Shown here: in pieces, positions 36,511-48,593 of the stretch
Layout of the letters: the number at the start of each line of letters is the position of its first letter
Numbering within the stretch: the stretch's first letter is position 1
Program-made: the position numbers and the translations under genes
Notes under the pieces: generated by a model
Database searches by the model: none
Told to the model about the DNA's origin: nothing
What the model saw: only the letters and a program-made list of their open reading frames with translations
Source: Raillietiella orientalis
Lineage: Eukaryota
Length of the DNA: 64,000 nt
Assembly (NCBI GenBank): GCA_036172245.1
Contig: JAYWIR010000026.1
Location: forward strand, 62,001 to 126,000
Reading direction: 5' to 3'

Positions 36511-38436
36511 CTCGAATGCGTCTTCGGCATCGCCGTAGACCTGGAGTTCAGTGGCTGCAGCTCCATCTCCTGCAGCCCTCGCCGAGCAGAAAGCCTACCT
36601 GGAGCAGGGATACAAGCCGTCCCTGATATACAAGGTAGGCAATCTGTTTGTCGGGAACACCGCTCGCAACTTCGAAAGGAAGTTGCAGCGGTTGAACGTA
36701 AAAGAGGAAGACCTGGAAGGTCTTTCCGTGTTGAGTGGTGGTCAGCGGGTGTAGCTGACTTGCAGAAATGCAAGCCTTGCTCAACACCTCCTGAATACGC
36801 CAATCACACTGGAAGGCCGAAAGGTTTTCCCGGTAACGGAGGATCGCGCCGTGGTGACGCACCTCACGGGAGTCACCCTCCGCATGTCGAAAGCCGACGT
36901 GCAGGAGGAACTCGGAAAATACGGAACGGTTCACGCGCTATGGCCCAAGATCAACGTCTTCCAGAGTGACGGAAGACTGTTTAGTTGCATGACTGGTGCG
37001 CGTGTAACCGTCCACGAAAACGGTGGGCTACCCCACAAACTAGACGTCGGCAACGAGACCGTCGACGTCTGGTACGTGGGCAAGCCCAAGTACTGTGGAC
37101 ACTGTGATGCCACAGGGCACCTGAAAAAGCGGTGCCCTCACATCCAGTGTTTCCACTGTGGAGAGAAGGGCCACCTCCGCAAAGTGTGCCCGAAGCGCGA
37201 ACCCCCGGCTCCCGCTGCCTTGAAAAAGGCCAAAGGGAAACGCGCGGAGGCTACGGAAAACCCTGCGAAGGCACCCGTGAGGCGGAACCCACAGCCGGAG
37301 CCCGAGCCCGTACAGCAAACGCCGGTCGTGGAATCTACCGACGACGCTGAAAAGAGCGAAGGCTGGCAGAAGGCGAAGCCTAAAGCTAAGAAACCAAAGA
37401 AAACCGAAGGATCGACAGCGGAACCCGCGACGTCTCCTTTAAATAGGAGACAACGCCGCGCGTTGATCCGCGAATGTTCGGTCGCTTTGGAGCGTGTGGA
37501 GGTACCCGAGACCGCCACCGGTGGAGATATCCCCCGCGTCGACGCCGACGATAACGCGATCACGGAAGGCGAACCCTCTGTACAAACAGAGGGGGAACCG
37601 CGCGACGCGCTCGCCGCGATCGACGAGGCCGCCTTCCAGCAGGCGGAGGAAGAGCTCGCGGCCGAACTCGCCGACCGTGAGAACGGCGCGCGAAAGGCCT
37701 TGCGAAGGCCGGCTGCGACCAGGGCACCTCCGACAGGTGACCACGACCAGGACGCCGGAAGTGCGTCCTTCTCCACGGAGGCGCCTCCGAAGAAGACTGG
37801 ACGGAAGTCCAAGAATCCCAAGAGGCGCATCCCGACAAAGACGGAGGGGGACGCACCGGCATCCGAGGGGGAACCCGGAGCGTGGGAACGGAGGGAGGGA
37901 TTTTCCCACCCTTCGCTACCGAGCAACTGGGGACCCCCATGGAGGAGGGGGATAAGGTGAGTGATTGCCGCCCCCTCCCAACGGTGGAACCTGTGCAGGA
38001 GATAGCCAAGGAGGAGGGGGAGCAGACAGCTGACAACCGCTCCCCCCTGCCGTCCAACGCAGCCGACGAATCGGCCCCCATGGAAGACGGGGAGCAGGTG
38101 CGTGAAACCCGCCCCCTTCAACCGTTGCGGTCCGCCGAGGAATCGGCCCCCATGGAGGAGGGAGAACCGGTGCGCGGTGATCCCGTTCCTCCATCCGTCC
38201 CGCCCGACCAGGTGGCGGGAGCCCCATTGCCACTTTCCCAGGAGTAACACCTGGGCTCGCCTGTCGCCGTCGATTACGCGTGGCCTGCTCCAACGTGAAC
38301 GGGCTGCGCGACGACGGCAACAGATGGGACACGGCCGCCACCCTGCGTGACTACGACCTGGCACTCCTGCAGGAGATCCACGTGATCACCGCGGAGAACG
38401 CCCAGGAGATCGAAAGGATCGCACGGGGACGGTTGA

Positions 38437-41400
38437 TTGTCACCCGGGTGCGCCGGGGCGTTTATTATAAACTATCCGGGAACAGGGTTCCCGGACAAAG
38501 GGGAAAACAAGAGACGAAGGGGGTGGGATCCCCGACACGCTGGTCGGTATGCCGAAAGTCCGGAACGGGAGGGAAGGGACCACAAACACACTACTATATA
38601 AAAAAATAAAAGAAAAATATGGAGGGCAGGGGACAGGGGTCTTTGGTAAATCCGTTCCTTCCTTTCAAAACCAACGATGGATGCCGGCGATCTCTCTCCT
38701 TACGCCCTGTGGCAGATGGGCCCACTGGGCAGCCGACGACATGTTTGCGCTGGCTAATCCGGTGGCCTGACGAAGGATGGCCAGCTTCTCCAACTCTCGG
38801 TGGGCCTTGTCGATGGCGCGGGTGCAACACACGGTTGCAACGACAGCACCCAATGACAGGCCGCCTGGCGTGAAGAAGCGGCGCATCAGCTCCCTCGCGG
38901 TGTCCCCCTGGTGCAGGAGAGCTGGAGCCAGCCTCCGCCACAGTCCTTCGAGGACACCGCAGACGAAGAGCAGAGGCGGGAGCGTTTCCACTTCCCCGCA
39001 CCGCTTACAGTTTGGGGAGACGACTCCCCCGGAAACAAGGTTCGTGCGCTGGTTGGAGTGAAAACCCCAATGCACGAGCATAATCACGTCCTGCTTCCAC
39101 GAAAGGGGGAACACAGAAGTGTTCAGACACGAGGGAGGAACCACAAGTTCTTCAAGGGGCACACTCAAGTGTTCGCTCCACCGAAGGAGTCCCTCCGGAA
39201 CGTGGCGAGGTGTGGCGGCGTCCGCCAGCTCGCAAGTCTTCCAGCCGCCAATAGGTCGCGTTGTTCCTGCGATGGTGCAGGCGACCTCCCATCTCGTCGG
39301 TTCGCAACTGTCATCTCTTGCCCTGAGGACTGACAGTGCATCGGACAGGGAGGTGACGGCCAGGCGGGTCCACTTCTCCTGGCTGTTGCACACCTCATCC
39401 ACCGTGCAGTACGGGGAGAGGTGAGCGCAACGGAGTTCCAGGAGGGAAACATCCTTGTGCTTTGCCCAGCCATGCAACGGTTCCTGCCGCCAGGCTTCAA
39501 AGTTCGTTGGGCGGCAGGAGATCCATTCCTGGGCTTCCAGGAGCCGATACAGCGGTTTCAAGGGGAAACCGAAGCTTCTCGTGGCGCGCTCCGTGTGCGG
39601 CCGCAGCGACAGAAGTCCATCGCTGCCTGTGCAGCGCCGCAGAAGCAGGCGCGCGGGAGCGCACCACGAAGTGGACCAAAGGTTGGCGCACAGGGCCAAC
39701 ATCCGAAGCTGCACCTGCAGCTCGATTCTCTCCAGCGTCAGGATGCCTAAGCCAGCATCCCGACGCGGAGCCGCCAAATCTTTCAGGCGAATCCTGGACC
39801 TCGCAGGTCCCCACAGAGCGTTTCTCAACAGGCTGTGCGCCTGGAGCTTGGCCGAGTAGGGGGGCGGGCAAACAAAAAGCAGGGGGCGCAAGAGAGGGGC
39901 AACGAAGGTGTTCCATATCGTGGCCCGCTTCGGCAGGACGAACCTGCCATGGTGGTACGGGCTCAGGGCATTCGAAGCCTTCCGAAGGCAGTCCGACCAC
40001 ACTTCCACTGGGCTGATGTTCCCCAGCGGAACGTCTAGATATTGCACGGAGGAAGCGGTCGGGATCCCCAGGCGGATCCAGTCGGACTGCCCCTCCCACG
40101 CCGCACCAATAGGTACGACCACGCTCTTGCTCCGGTTTACGCTCATGCCCGCTCCCCGGCGAATTAGCTCGAAGAAATCCTCGAGACTGGATGCCGGGGT
40201 GGTCATGGGTAAGAGGAGGAGCAGGTCGTCAGCATAGGCCGCCTCGGACGGCGTTCCTGGACAAGAGCTCGGCAGGTTGGCCAGCGTCAGCCTGTACGCC
40301 CTCAGCACCAACTCAAAGAAGATGCTGAAGAGCAACGGGCTTAAGCTGTCGCCCTGCCTGATGCCCCGCCGCACCGGCACGCCGTACACGTGGCAGCCGC
40401 TAAAAGAGATGGAAATGAGCGCGTGGCGCCAGCAAGCGCGCAAATACGCCACGAGGTGCACCGGGAGACCGAGGCGTTCCAGGAGCTCCAGCAGGAGATC
40501 CTGATTTACGCAATCGAACGCCTTGCGGAGATCGACCGCGACCGCCAAGGCACCCGGCGCTTCCCCAGGCCGAATGCAGCGACGCCTAGCCTCGGCAGCC
40601 GCAGACGCGGTTGCCTGGTTGTCGTGCGCCACGCAGCGTTGCAGCTCGAGCCACGTGAGCGCGAAGAACAGGTTCGCCACCATAGACCGCCCGGGAACAG
40701 CGTAAGACTGCTCCGTACTTACCACGGATCCAGCGATCCTGCCCAGGCGCGCGACCCACAGCCTGGAGAACAAATTGACGTCCGCATTCACCAAGGTGAT
40801 GGGACGCCAGTTGCTCAAATGGCGCATGTCTCCGCCTTTCGGCAACAGACGCACTCTTGCTGAGCGAAACGAGGCCGGGACATTGCCCGCCTCTCGCATC
40901 AGCGCGGAAAGCCTCAGCACCAAGTGGATGAGTTCCGCCGCGAAGCACTGGAAGAACTCCGCAGGCAGACCATCCTCACCTAGCGCCTTGCGCTTCTTGA
41001 GGCCCGCTATGGCGGAAGACACTTCTTCCGCCGTGAAGGGCAAGTCAAGAGTGGCGCGTTCCTCCTCGTCGACCGCCGGAGAATCCGCCGACAGAAGCAG
41101 CTCCGAGAGACTGCGTTTCGTCGGCTCCCTAGCGTACAACAAGGAGTAATAGCGCTTTAGGAGGCGGCGAACTTCGGCCGCGCCCGAGCACTCCAGGCCC
41201 TGGTCGTCGAGCAGACAAGCTGCTCCTGACTGCCAGACCTGGCGCTCGGCCTTGGCCTTGTACTCCGCAAGGTACCGGACGTCCGGGCATCGAAAGAATT
41301 GGCGGGCCTGCAGAAACTCTCTGCTGTTGGCCACGCTTTCCCCGAAGCCACGGGGAAGCAGGCGCTATGGGAACCGGCTGCAGAACTCGCGGACCGATCT

Positions 41401-43437
41401 TTTCAGATCGTCCCAGTCCACGAGCTCTTGAACGGCAAAGGTCCGGAGATGCTGGCGGAGGTGCTCCGCAGCCACCGGATTTCTCAATCAGTCGGCCGGC
41501 AACCTCCAGACGTGCGTCGAAGGGCCCTTGCTAGGCGGGAGTAGCTCAAACTCCAGCCTGTAGTGGTCGGAAAGCTCGGACGGCACGGGACCTCTTCGAC
41601 CCACCCGACAATGCAGGTGATCGTCGAGGAACACATGGTCCGGCAAAGCACGCATTCCGGGATCGTCGGCCAGCAAATTCGAGGCGTGCACCGACGCGCA
41701 CACCTCGTTCACCAGCCGTTTCTCCCGCCGACGGTGAGACTCCTCCGATAGCGCGTGGACGTTGAAGTCCCCGGCTACGAGGTGAGCCACGTCGGGGCCG
41801 GAGTTGCTGAGCCAGCAGTCGCGCAGTCTCTCGAAAAACTGCAGTTTCTCGGTGTGACGCGCGGAGCCGCTCGGCGCGTACACGTTCGTGACGACAAGGT
41901 TGATCGATTCGGACCACTTGAGAACAAGTTGGCCCACACGACCTTCCTCGTCGAAACAAACGCTCCGCACCGCTCCCGCCACCCTGCCCCGAACAAGGAA
42001 TGCGACTCCGCAGGTATTCTGGGAGCCTGACCTTCAATGGAGCGTCCCGCCTGCGCGAACTTGCAGATCGGCCGCTTGCTGCTAGGAGAGTGCGTGAATC
42101 TTTCGCAGCATGGATAGATCGAAGTCGCGCAGGACGTTGGCAACCAATCGCCTCTTCTCGTTGTCCTGCAGACCGTTGACGTTCCAACAGGCCACTCGGA
42201 CGCGACGGGAAGAAGCGAGACCGCGCATTGCTGCTACGGACATGGAAGTGCGTTCCTCGCCCCGTCCGGCGAGGCATCAGCCGGGAGCACGGCGGATGAG
42301 GTAGCGCAAGCGCTTCCTATCCCCGCCGCGCCGCTTGCGGCCGGCTCGGTGGAGTCGAGGACCATTGCCTCGGGCTCCGAGGAGCATCGGCAACCGTTCC
42401 CGGCATCAGGCTCTTGCCTGGCAAGTTTTGGCTTGCGCGCAGCCCTGGCCTTGACCGGGGCTTGGCGAGCCTTAGCGCTGCCCTCGGACTCCACCTCGGA
42501 GTCCGAATTGCGTGCGCGCGGCGGCGGGCGTTTCGCCTGCCTCTTTGTTTGCTGGCAGCCCTGAGCTGGTCCAGCACTCTTAGAGGGTGCCTTCGTCGCC
42601 GATCCCCCTCTCGGGTCACGGCTTCGGCAGCTCCCCTCTCGCCGCGGGTGTTTGCGGCGGCGCGCGCGGCGGCAGCAGAGGCTTTTCCTTGCGCCTATCA
42701 GGGCGCGAGGGTTCGCTCTTCACCCCGCCTACCTTTTTGATCGGGAAGTGGGAAGGATCGCGCGGTTTGCGCTACTTCTTTCCCCCGACGAAGGTCCAGC
42801 CATTCTCGCCGCCTTCCTGTTTGCCCCGGTTGGGCGCGAGGGCTTGCAGGGTCCTTCGCATCCTTTCCAAGGCCTCGGATACGGCGATCTAGGCCAGTGC
42901 CTCCTTCGCCACGTCTGCCTTCTGCACCTCCTTACCGGGAGGTGCGGGCACAGTGGCGGGATTCTCGGGTGTCGCGCGAGGCTTTTCAGCCTTTGCTGGC
43001 GTTCGGCCAGCCGTGGCCGGCTTGCCTGTCGCGGGAAAAGGGGCGCGCGACCCTTTTTCGACGCTCCGGTGGTCTTCCTCTGCGTGCCACCGCTATTGCG
43101 CTCCGGAGAGAGAGCGAACGGAAGCGGCGGTGGTTTTGCAGCCTGCCCGATGTTATCGGCGGGCTGGGTCGCTCGGGGCTTCACTGAAGCAGCCTGGAGA
43201 AGCTTCTTGTCCTTTCGCGCGGGTTTTTGTGGAGCATTGCTCCGAGAATCGCCCGCGCAAGCGGACTTTTCACTTCTCCGCTGAGAATGCTCATTCGCGC
43301 CTGATTTCTTCCCCGACGACGGGGCGGATGGAGTCGTCGCGGACGGCGATGTTACGGGGAGGTTTCTCGCCCTCCTATTTCGTTTCAGCTCGGCGCACTC
43401 GTTAATCGAGTGGCCGAGCAGCTTACAGTATCGGCAA
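38437..43437 (-). mobile_element. B-type element lacking its ORF1 5' end; uninterrupted ORF2 (38665-42228)
   Basis: CRYCKLLGHSINEC at about 43396-43437; VACWNVNG, NVYAP, AGDFN, SDH; terminal hairpin. Confidence 0.93.
38665..41334 (-). CDS. Open 889-aa part of B-type ORF2 (complete RT + C-terminal region)
   Basis: KALGEDG, WRPITLVNAD, DLRKAFD, RQGDSLSP, YADD. Confidence 0.92.
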   Translation of the reverse strand: MANSREFLQARQFFRCPDVRYLAEYKAKAERQVWQSGAACLLDDQGLECSGAAEVRRLLKRYYSLLYAREPTKRSLSELLLSADSPAVDEEERATLDLPFTAEEVSSAIAGLKKRKALGEDGLPAEFFQCFAAELIHLVLRLSALMREAGNVPASFRSARVRLLPKGGDMRHLSNWRPITLVNADVNLFSRLWVARLGRIAGSVVSTEQSYAVPGRSMVANLFFALTWLELQRCVAHDNQATASAAAEARRRCIRPGEAPGALAVAVDLRKAFDCVNQDLLLELLERLGLPVHLVAYLRACWRHALISISFSGCHVYGVPVRRGIRQGDSLSPLLFSIFFELVLRAYRLTLANLPSSCPGTPSEAAYADDLLLLLPMTTPASSLEDFFELIRRGAGMSVNRSKSVVVPIGAAWEGQSDWIRLGIPTASSVQYLDVPLGNISPVEVWSDCLRKASNALSPYHHGRFVLPKRATIWNTFVAPLLRPLLFVCPPPYSAKLQAHSLLRNALWGPARSRIRLKDLAAPRRDAGLGILTLERIELQVQLRMLALCANLWSTSWCAPARLLLRRCTGSDGLLSLRPHTERATRSFGFPLKPLYRLLEAQEWISCRPTNFEAWRQEPLHGWAKHKDVSLLELRCAHLSPYCTVDEVCNSQEKWTRLAVTSLSDALSVLRARDDSCEPTRWEVACTIAGTTRPIGGWKTCELADAATPRHVPEGLLRWSEHLSVPLEELVVPPSCLNTSVFPLSWKQDVIMLVHWGFHSNQRTNLVSGGVVSPNCKRCGEVETLPPLLFVCGVLEGLWRRLAPALLHQGDTARELMRRFFTPGGLSLGAVVATVCCTRAIDKAHRELEKLAILRQATGLASANMSSAAQWAHLPQGVRREIAGIHRWF

Positions 43438-46400
43438 CGAGCTCGGCAAGGAGGCCAAAGTCACCCTGTAGGCTCTCAGCACCAACTCAAAGTAGGTGCT
43501 CAAGAGCAGGGGACTCAGGCTATCTCCCTGCCTGATGCCTCGCCGCACCGGCACGCCATGCACCTTCTGACTGCTGAAAGAGACGGAAATTATGGCATGG
43601 CGCCAGCAGGAGCGCAGTTAGTTGATCAAGGAGGGTGGGAAGCCCATGCGACCCAGGAGCTCCAACAAAAGCCCCTGGTCAACACAGTCGAACGCCTTAT
43701 GGAGATCGACTGCGAGCGCTAAGGCCCCCTTCCCCGCCCGGCAGTCCATTCCCTGCCCTGCTGGCGGCCTTAAAGTGGGGTTGCCGATTTTTCCTTTCCC
43801 TTCCTTTTGACACCTCTGCGCGTGCATCCATGTGCTCGCGAAGAAGAGGTTGGCATCCATGCTTCGCCAGGGAACAGCATATTTCTGCTCCGGGCTAATT
43901 ATGGCTTCTGCCACCTGCCCCAGACGCGGAGCCCATAGCCCGGCAACCAACTTGGCGTCCGTATTCACAATCGTGATCGGACGATAGTTGTTTAAATTCC
44001 TAAGGTCTCCCCCTTTCGGAAGGAGCATCACTCTGGCTGACCGAACCGAGGCGGGAACATCGCCTTCGTCTCGGATCAGCCTTGTCAGCTGAAGCAGCAG
44101 GGGTGCCAGCTCTTCCGCGAAGCTCTGATAGAACTCCGCGGGCAAGCCGTCTTCCCCTGGAGCTTTCCGCCTCTTGAGCCTTTTGCTACAGGCGGGAATT
44201 TCGCCGGTGGTAAAAGGCTCATCGAGGCTTAACGACTCCTCCTCCCCTATTGCCGGGGCACCATCCGGAAGCAAGAGCCGACAGGCATCTTGATCCGGGG
44301 CAGCCCTGGCGTAAAGGGAGGAATAATAACTCCGCAAGAGATGCCGTACTGACGCCGGGGACGAACATTCCCGGCCCTGCTCGTCCAGCAAGCTGGCCGA
44401 CCCGGATTGCCAGGCTTGGCGTTCGGCCTCGGCGCGGTACTCGGCCAGGCGACGGACATTAGGGGTTCGCTCGTACCTACGGGCCTGTAAATAGGCCCGA
44501 TGGTTGCGAGGACCCTCGCCAAATCCGGAGGGCAGGCGGTCCAGGGGGAACTGCTCGCAGAACTCCCGGACCAATTCCTTAAAAAGGTCCCAGTCTTGGA
44601 GATTCCGGAGCGTGACGCCTCTCAGGTATTCGCGAAGGTGTTCACTCGCACCTGAGAGTCGCGTCCAGTCCCCCGGCAGACGCCAGTCCCTGGATGGCGG
44701 TCCTTTGTCGCGAGGCCGCATCTCGAAAATTAACCGGGAATGGTCCGACAACGTTGACGCAACCCTCCCCCGTTTGCCGACCCGTGAACACAGGTCAGCG
44801 TCGAGGAAGACGTGGTCGATGCTGCGGACCATTCCCCTCTCACCCGCGAACAAGTTGCGCGCACGCATATCGGCGCACAACTCGTTCATCGCGTTCACCT
44901 GTGTTTCCGGCTCACCTGTCAGCAGGTGGAGATTGAAATCTCCCGCTATCAGGTGAGCATTCCGCACGCTCGTGTTCGCCAGCCAGTCGCGCTTCAGGGA
45001 TTCAAGCAGCCTGGTACGGTTGCTGTATCCCTTTTGACCGGTTGGGGCGTACACATTCGTGACGATCAGATCGATCGAGTCGGACCAGCCGAGAGTAAGC
45101 TGACCGACCCGACCGTCGTCATCGAAGCGCACGCCCTTCACGGCAGCGTCGATGGCCGGCTTCACGAAGAACGCGACCCCGCAGGTGTTGCGGATGCCGC
45201 ATTGCCAGTACAGCCGACCCCCCGCGATCGTCTCGATCTCCTGGACGTCTGCCGCGGTGATCACGTGGATCTCCTGCAACAGGGCCAGGTCGAACTCCCG
45301 CAGGGTGTCGGCTGTATCTCGCCTGTTACCGTCGTCGCGCAGCCCGTTGACATTCCAACAGGCAGCGCGAATCCGACGGCGACTGGCGAGCCCAGGTGTT
45401 ACTCCTGGGAAGATGGCAGTGCGGCGTCCGCCACCTGCTGGGGCGGGACGCTAGGTGGAGCAGGGGGGTCAGGTGCTGAAGGCACCTGGTCCCCCTCCTC
45501 CATCGGTGCCGGCGCGTCGGCCGGATCACCCGCAGGTGGAGTCGCGCCTACCTGTTCGCCCTCCTCCATGGGGGCGGGCTGTTCAGGGTCGGCGCCTGCA
45601 TGGGGGACTTCACCCCCCTGTTCACCCTCCTCCATGGGGGTGGCGGCATCGACGGCTTCCGTGCGTGGGAATTCCTCCTCCGAATTTCCCACGCTGCCGA
45701 CGGCTTCCGACTTCTCCTCCTCGCTAGTGGAGGGGAGGCGCCTCCTGGGCTTCTGGGACTTGCGTCCCGACTTCCTGGGGGGTGCCTCCGAGGAGGAGGA
45801 TGTGCTTCCGGCCCCCAGGTCTAACTCACCTTTGGGGGCCTTCTTCGCCGGAGCCGGCCTTCGCACGGCCTTGCGCGAGGGGTTCTCACGCTCGGCCAGC
45901 GTGACCGCGAGCTCCTCCGCCGCCTGCGCGAACGCGGCGTCCGTGGCTTCGACAGCCGCTATGTCGCGCGGCTCACCCTCTGTGTAAACAGAGGGTTCGC
46001 CGTCGCGAGCCTCGGGCGCAGCGGAAACGGCAAGGGGAGGATCGACGCTCCGGGTGGCAATATCGGGAACGACGATTCGTTCCAGTGCCACCGTGCACTC
46101 GCGCAAAGTTTTCGAACGCGGACCGGGTTTTTTCGGCTTTCCGGCCGTCTTGCGCTCTTTGCTCTCCGCGGGTGGGAGTTTCCTTGGTTTTCTGGCCTCT
46201 ACAAGCTGCCATCCCTCTTCGCCTTCCACCGTTTCAGAAGGTTTATCCTCCGGCTTACGCGCCGGAGGTTGAGGTGTTGGCAGCTTGTGTTGTCCCTTTT
46301 CCACTTTAGGTCTAGAGACCTTTGAAGCACGTTTCCCCTGCGCTTTTTTCGCGGCAGGGGGAACCGGGGTGGGGCGTTTGGGGCACACGCGCCGAACGTG

Positions 46401-47249
46401 GCCCCGTTCCCCGCACAAATGGCATTGTATATTGGGACACCTTTTACGTAGGTGTCCCACGGTATCACAATGCCCGCAATACCGGGGCTTCCCTACATAC
46501 CACAGGTCGACGTTTTCTTGCGCCACCTGTAGTTTGTGTGGAAGCCCACAATTCTCCCGTACGGTGACCCGCGCTGCAGCCTACCCACCAAAAAGGCTAT
46601 CGAAGCCGTCGAAAATGGAGGGTTTCGGCCACAGTGCGTGCACCTCACCGTACTTTCTGAATTCCTCACCAACCGCTGACCGCGTCATGCGGCTGGTGAT
46701 GCCAGTCATGTGGACCACCACGGAGCGGTCCATTGATACTGGCAGGATCTTGCGGCCGTCTACGTTCAGCGGCGCATGGATTAGGCGGTGAGCCAAGGTG
46801 ACATCTTTGCAGACCACCTCGACCCGCTGCCCGCCGCTGAGGACGGAGAGGCCGTCCAGATCCTTCTCTGTAACATTCGCGTCCTTCAACGCTTTGCTGA
46901 AGGCGCGCGCTGTCCGGCCGGCGAACAAGTTGCCTACCTGGTAGACAAGCGATGGCTTGTACCCGGAGGCCTTGTATGCGGCCATCTCCGCCATGGCTTC
47001 TGCGCTGGGCGCGGCCACCATGGCGCTCCATGTCCTCGGCGTGGCCGGGGATGATTCCGGGGCGGCTGCCCCTGCTCCAGTAGGCTGTGGGGGCGAACTA
47101 GCCTCCCCCACTCCCACCTCCATCGCGGTGTCCTCTGGCGTCGTGGCCATTGGACACCGACGATGTACACAAAACACCACACAGAAGAAAAAGCGCTTTG
47201 CTACTACTCTTTGGGGAGTGAAGGAAAAACACGTCCTTCAACTGGCCGC
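43438..47249 (-). mobile_element. F-type element F2 (ORF1 45399-47150; ORF2 APE to mid-RT), 3' part lost
   Basis: 5' GGACGTGTTTTT at about 47225-47236; two CCHC knuckles; 553-aa open APE-RT frame at 43618-45279. Confidence 0.92.
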
Positions 47250-48593
47250 GGAGGGGTTGGCTGCAACGATGGAGCCAACTCCTCCGCCGCACGCTCGAAG
47301 GCAGCGTCATCGATCACGGTCTCGATGACGGATGCTTCCGCCGTTCCGCTTTCCACGCTGTTGACATTTTCAACAGTGGGTTGCTAGTCGGTAGCAGCGA
47401 TTTCTACCTTGCGGCGTTCGTTGAGGACGCGTTCCACGACGACGCTGCATTCTTTTAAATTCTCGCTAATTTGCTGTTTTTCATTTCGGTAGGCGAGCTT
47501 TTTTTCAATTCGTCGTTCTTTCTTCGACTTTTTCTTTTTGGCTGTGGCTTCTTGCCATTCCGACACCTGACCGCTTTTTTTGATCTTTTCGGCATTCGTT
47601 GCCGGGGTGTCGTCTGAGGCCTGGACCACGGGAGTGGGTGGCACAGCTTGAGCGGCAGCCTTCGCCGCCAGCCTTTTCTGTAGCAGCCGCGCGCGTTTTT
47701 CCAGGTTCCTCGCGGAATCCACGCGCACAGCGGATTGTGGACACACGTCCTTCGTGTGGCCCATTTTTCCGCATACCAGGCACTGTACGTTGGGGCACCT
47801 CCTTTTGAGGTGTCCCGACTTGTTGCAGAAGCCACAGTATTTGTGCTTCCCCACGTACCAGAGGTGGACGCTTTCTCCGCCGACCACCAGTTTGTGGGGA
47901 AGGGTAGAGCCCTCCCGAACGGTTACACGGGCAGCCGTGAGGCCGCACTGAACTTTGGTATAGTTCTCGAAAGGACTAGGCTTGGTCCATACTGCATGGA
48001 CCGTGCCTTCTTTTCCCAACGCGGCGCGTAACTGTTCTTTCCGCATCCGAGCAGTAACTCCTAAAAGGTGGACCACCATACTGTGGTCCGCCGTAACAAG
48101 AAGGAGCCTGCGTGTCCCCATTTCCACGGGGGTTTCAAGCAGACGTTGGGCCAGATCTGCATGTTTGCAGATCACCTCTACGTACTGCCACCCGCTACGA
48201 ATGGTCATAGCGCAGAGCTCCTCCTCTTTAACATCGAGAGCGCGCATCCCCTTCGAAACGGCGCGCGCACTCTCAGAAGAATACAAATTTCCTACCTTGT
48301 AGAATAGTGATGCGTTATACCCCTCTTCCACATAGGCAGATAATTCCGCCGCGGCTGCAGGCGATGGCGCCGACACGACGGCGCTCCACGCCCGCGCTGC
48401 AGCGGGAACCGGTTTTGTGGGGGCGAACGCCCCCACCTTTGCCAATGAAGGCGACGTTGCCGCCGCCCCCTGACACGCACTGGTGGTTGTGTAAGGCATT
48501 GCTGCCTGATCGACCACCACCACACACGATGCCCACACCTAGGGACGGTTCCAAGCACGAGGAGCACCGAGGAAACACGTCCGCTCTAGCCGA
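47250..48593 (-). mobile_element. Family A 5' part (ORF1 from 48499), probably the 5' end of A2
   Basis: CGFCNKSGHLKRRC and CLVCGKMGHTKDVC; 5' GGACGTGTTT; abuts CGTAAAGCGTTCGA (48594-48607), which matches 33768-33781. Confidence 0.88.

Larger units (their letters stand above)
36139..38436 (+). mobile_element. H-type element 5' part (ORF1 36227-38247 with stops; start of APE), interrupted at the RGRL site
   Basis: GGACGTGTTTTT at 36141; CGHCDATGHLKKRC and CFHCGEKGHLRKVC; VACSNVNG and LLQEIH. Confidence 0.92.

Noticed and set aside
37138..38364. Long antisense ORFs (also 44812-45987, 32497-33750, 20533-21441) as separate genes
   Set aside because: Shadow frames of GC-rich ORF1/ORF2 or read-through across junctions; no independent motifs
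38665..41334. RT as a group II intron, retron, DGR or LTR-element RT
   Set aside because: The N-terminal APE domain, CCHC ORF1 and TSDs identify non-LTR elements; no maturase, integrase, protease or LTRs were seen
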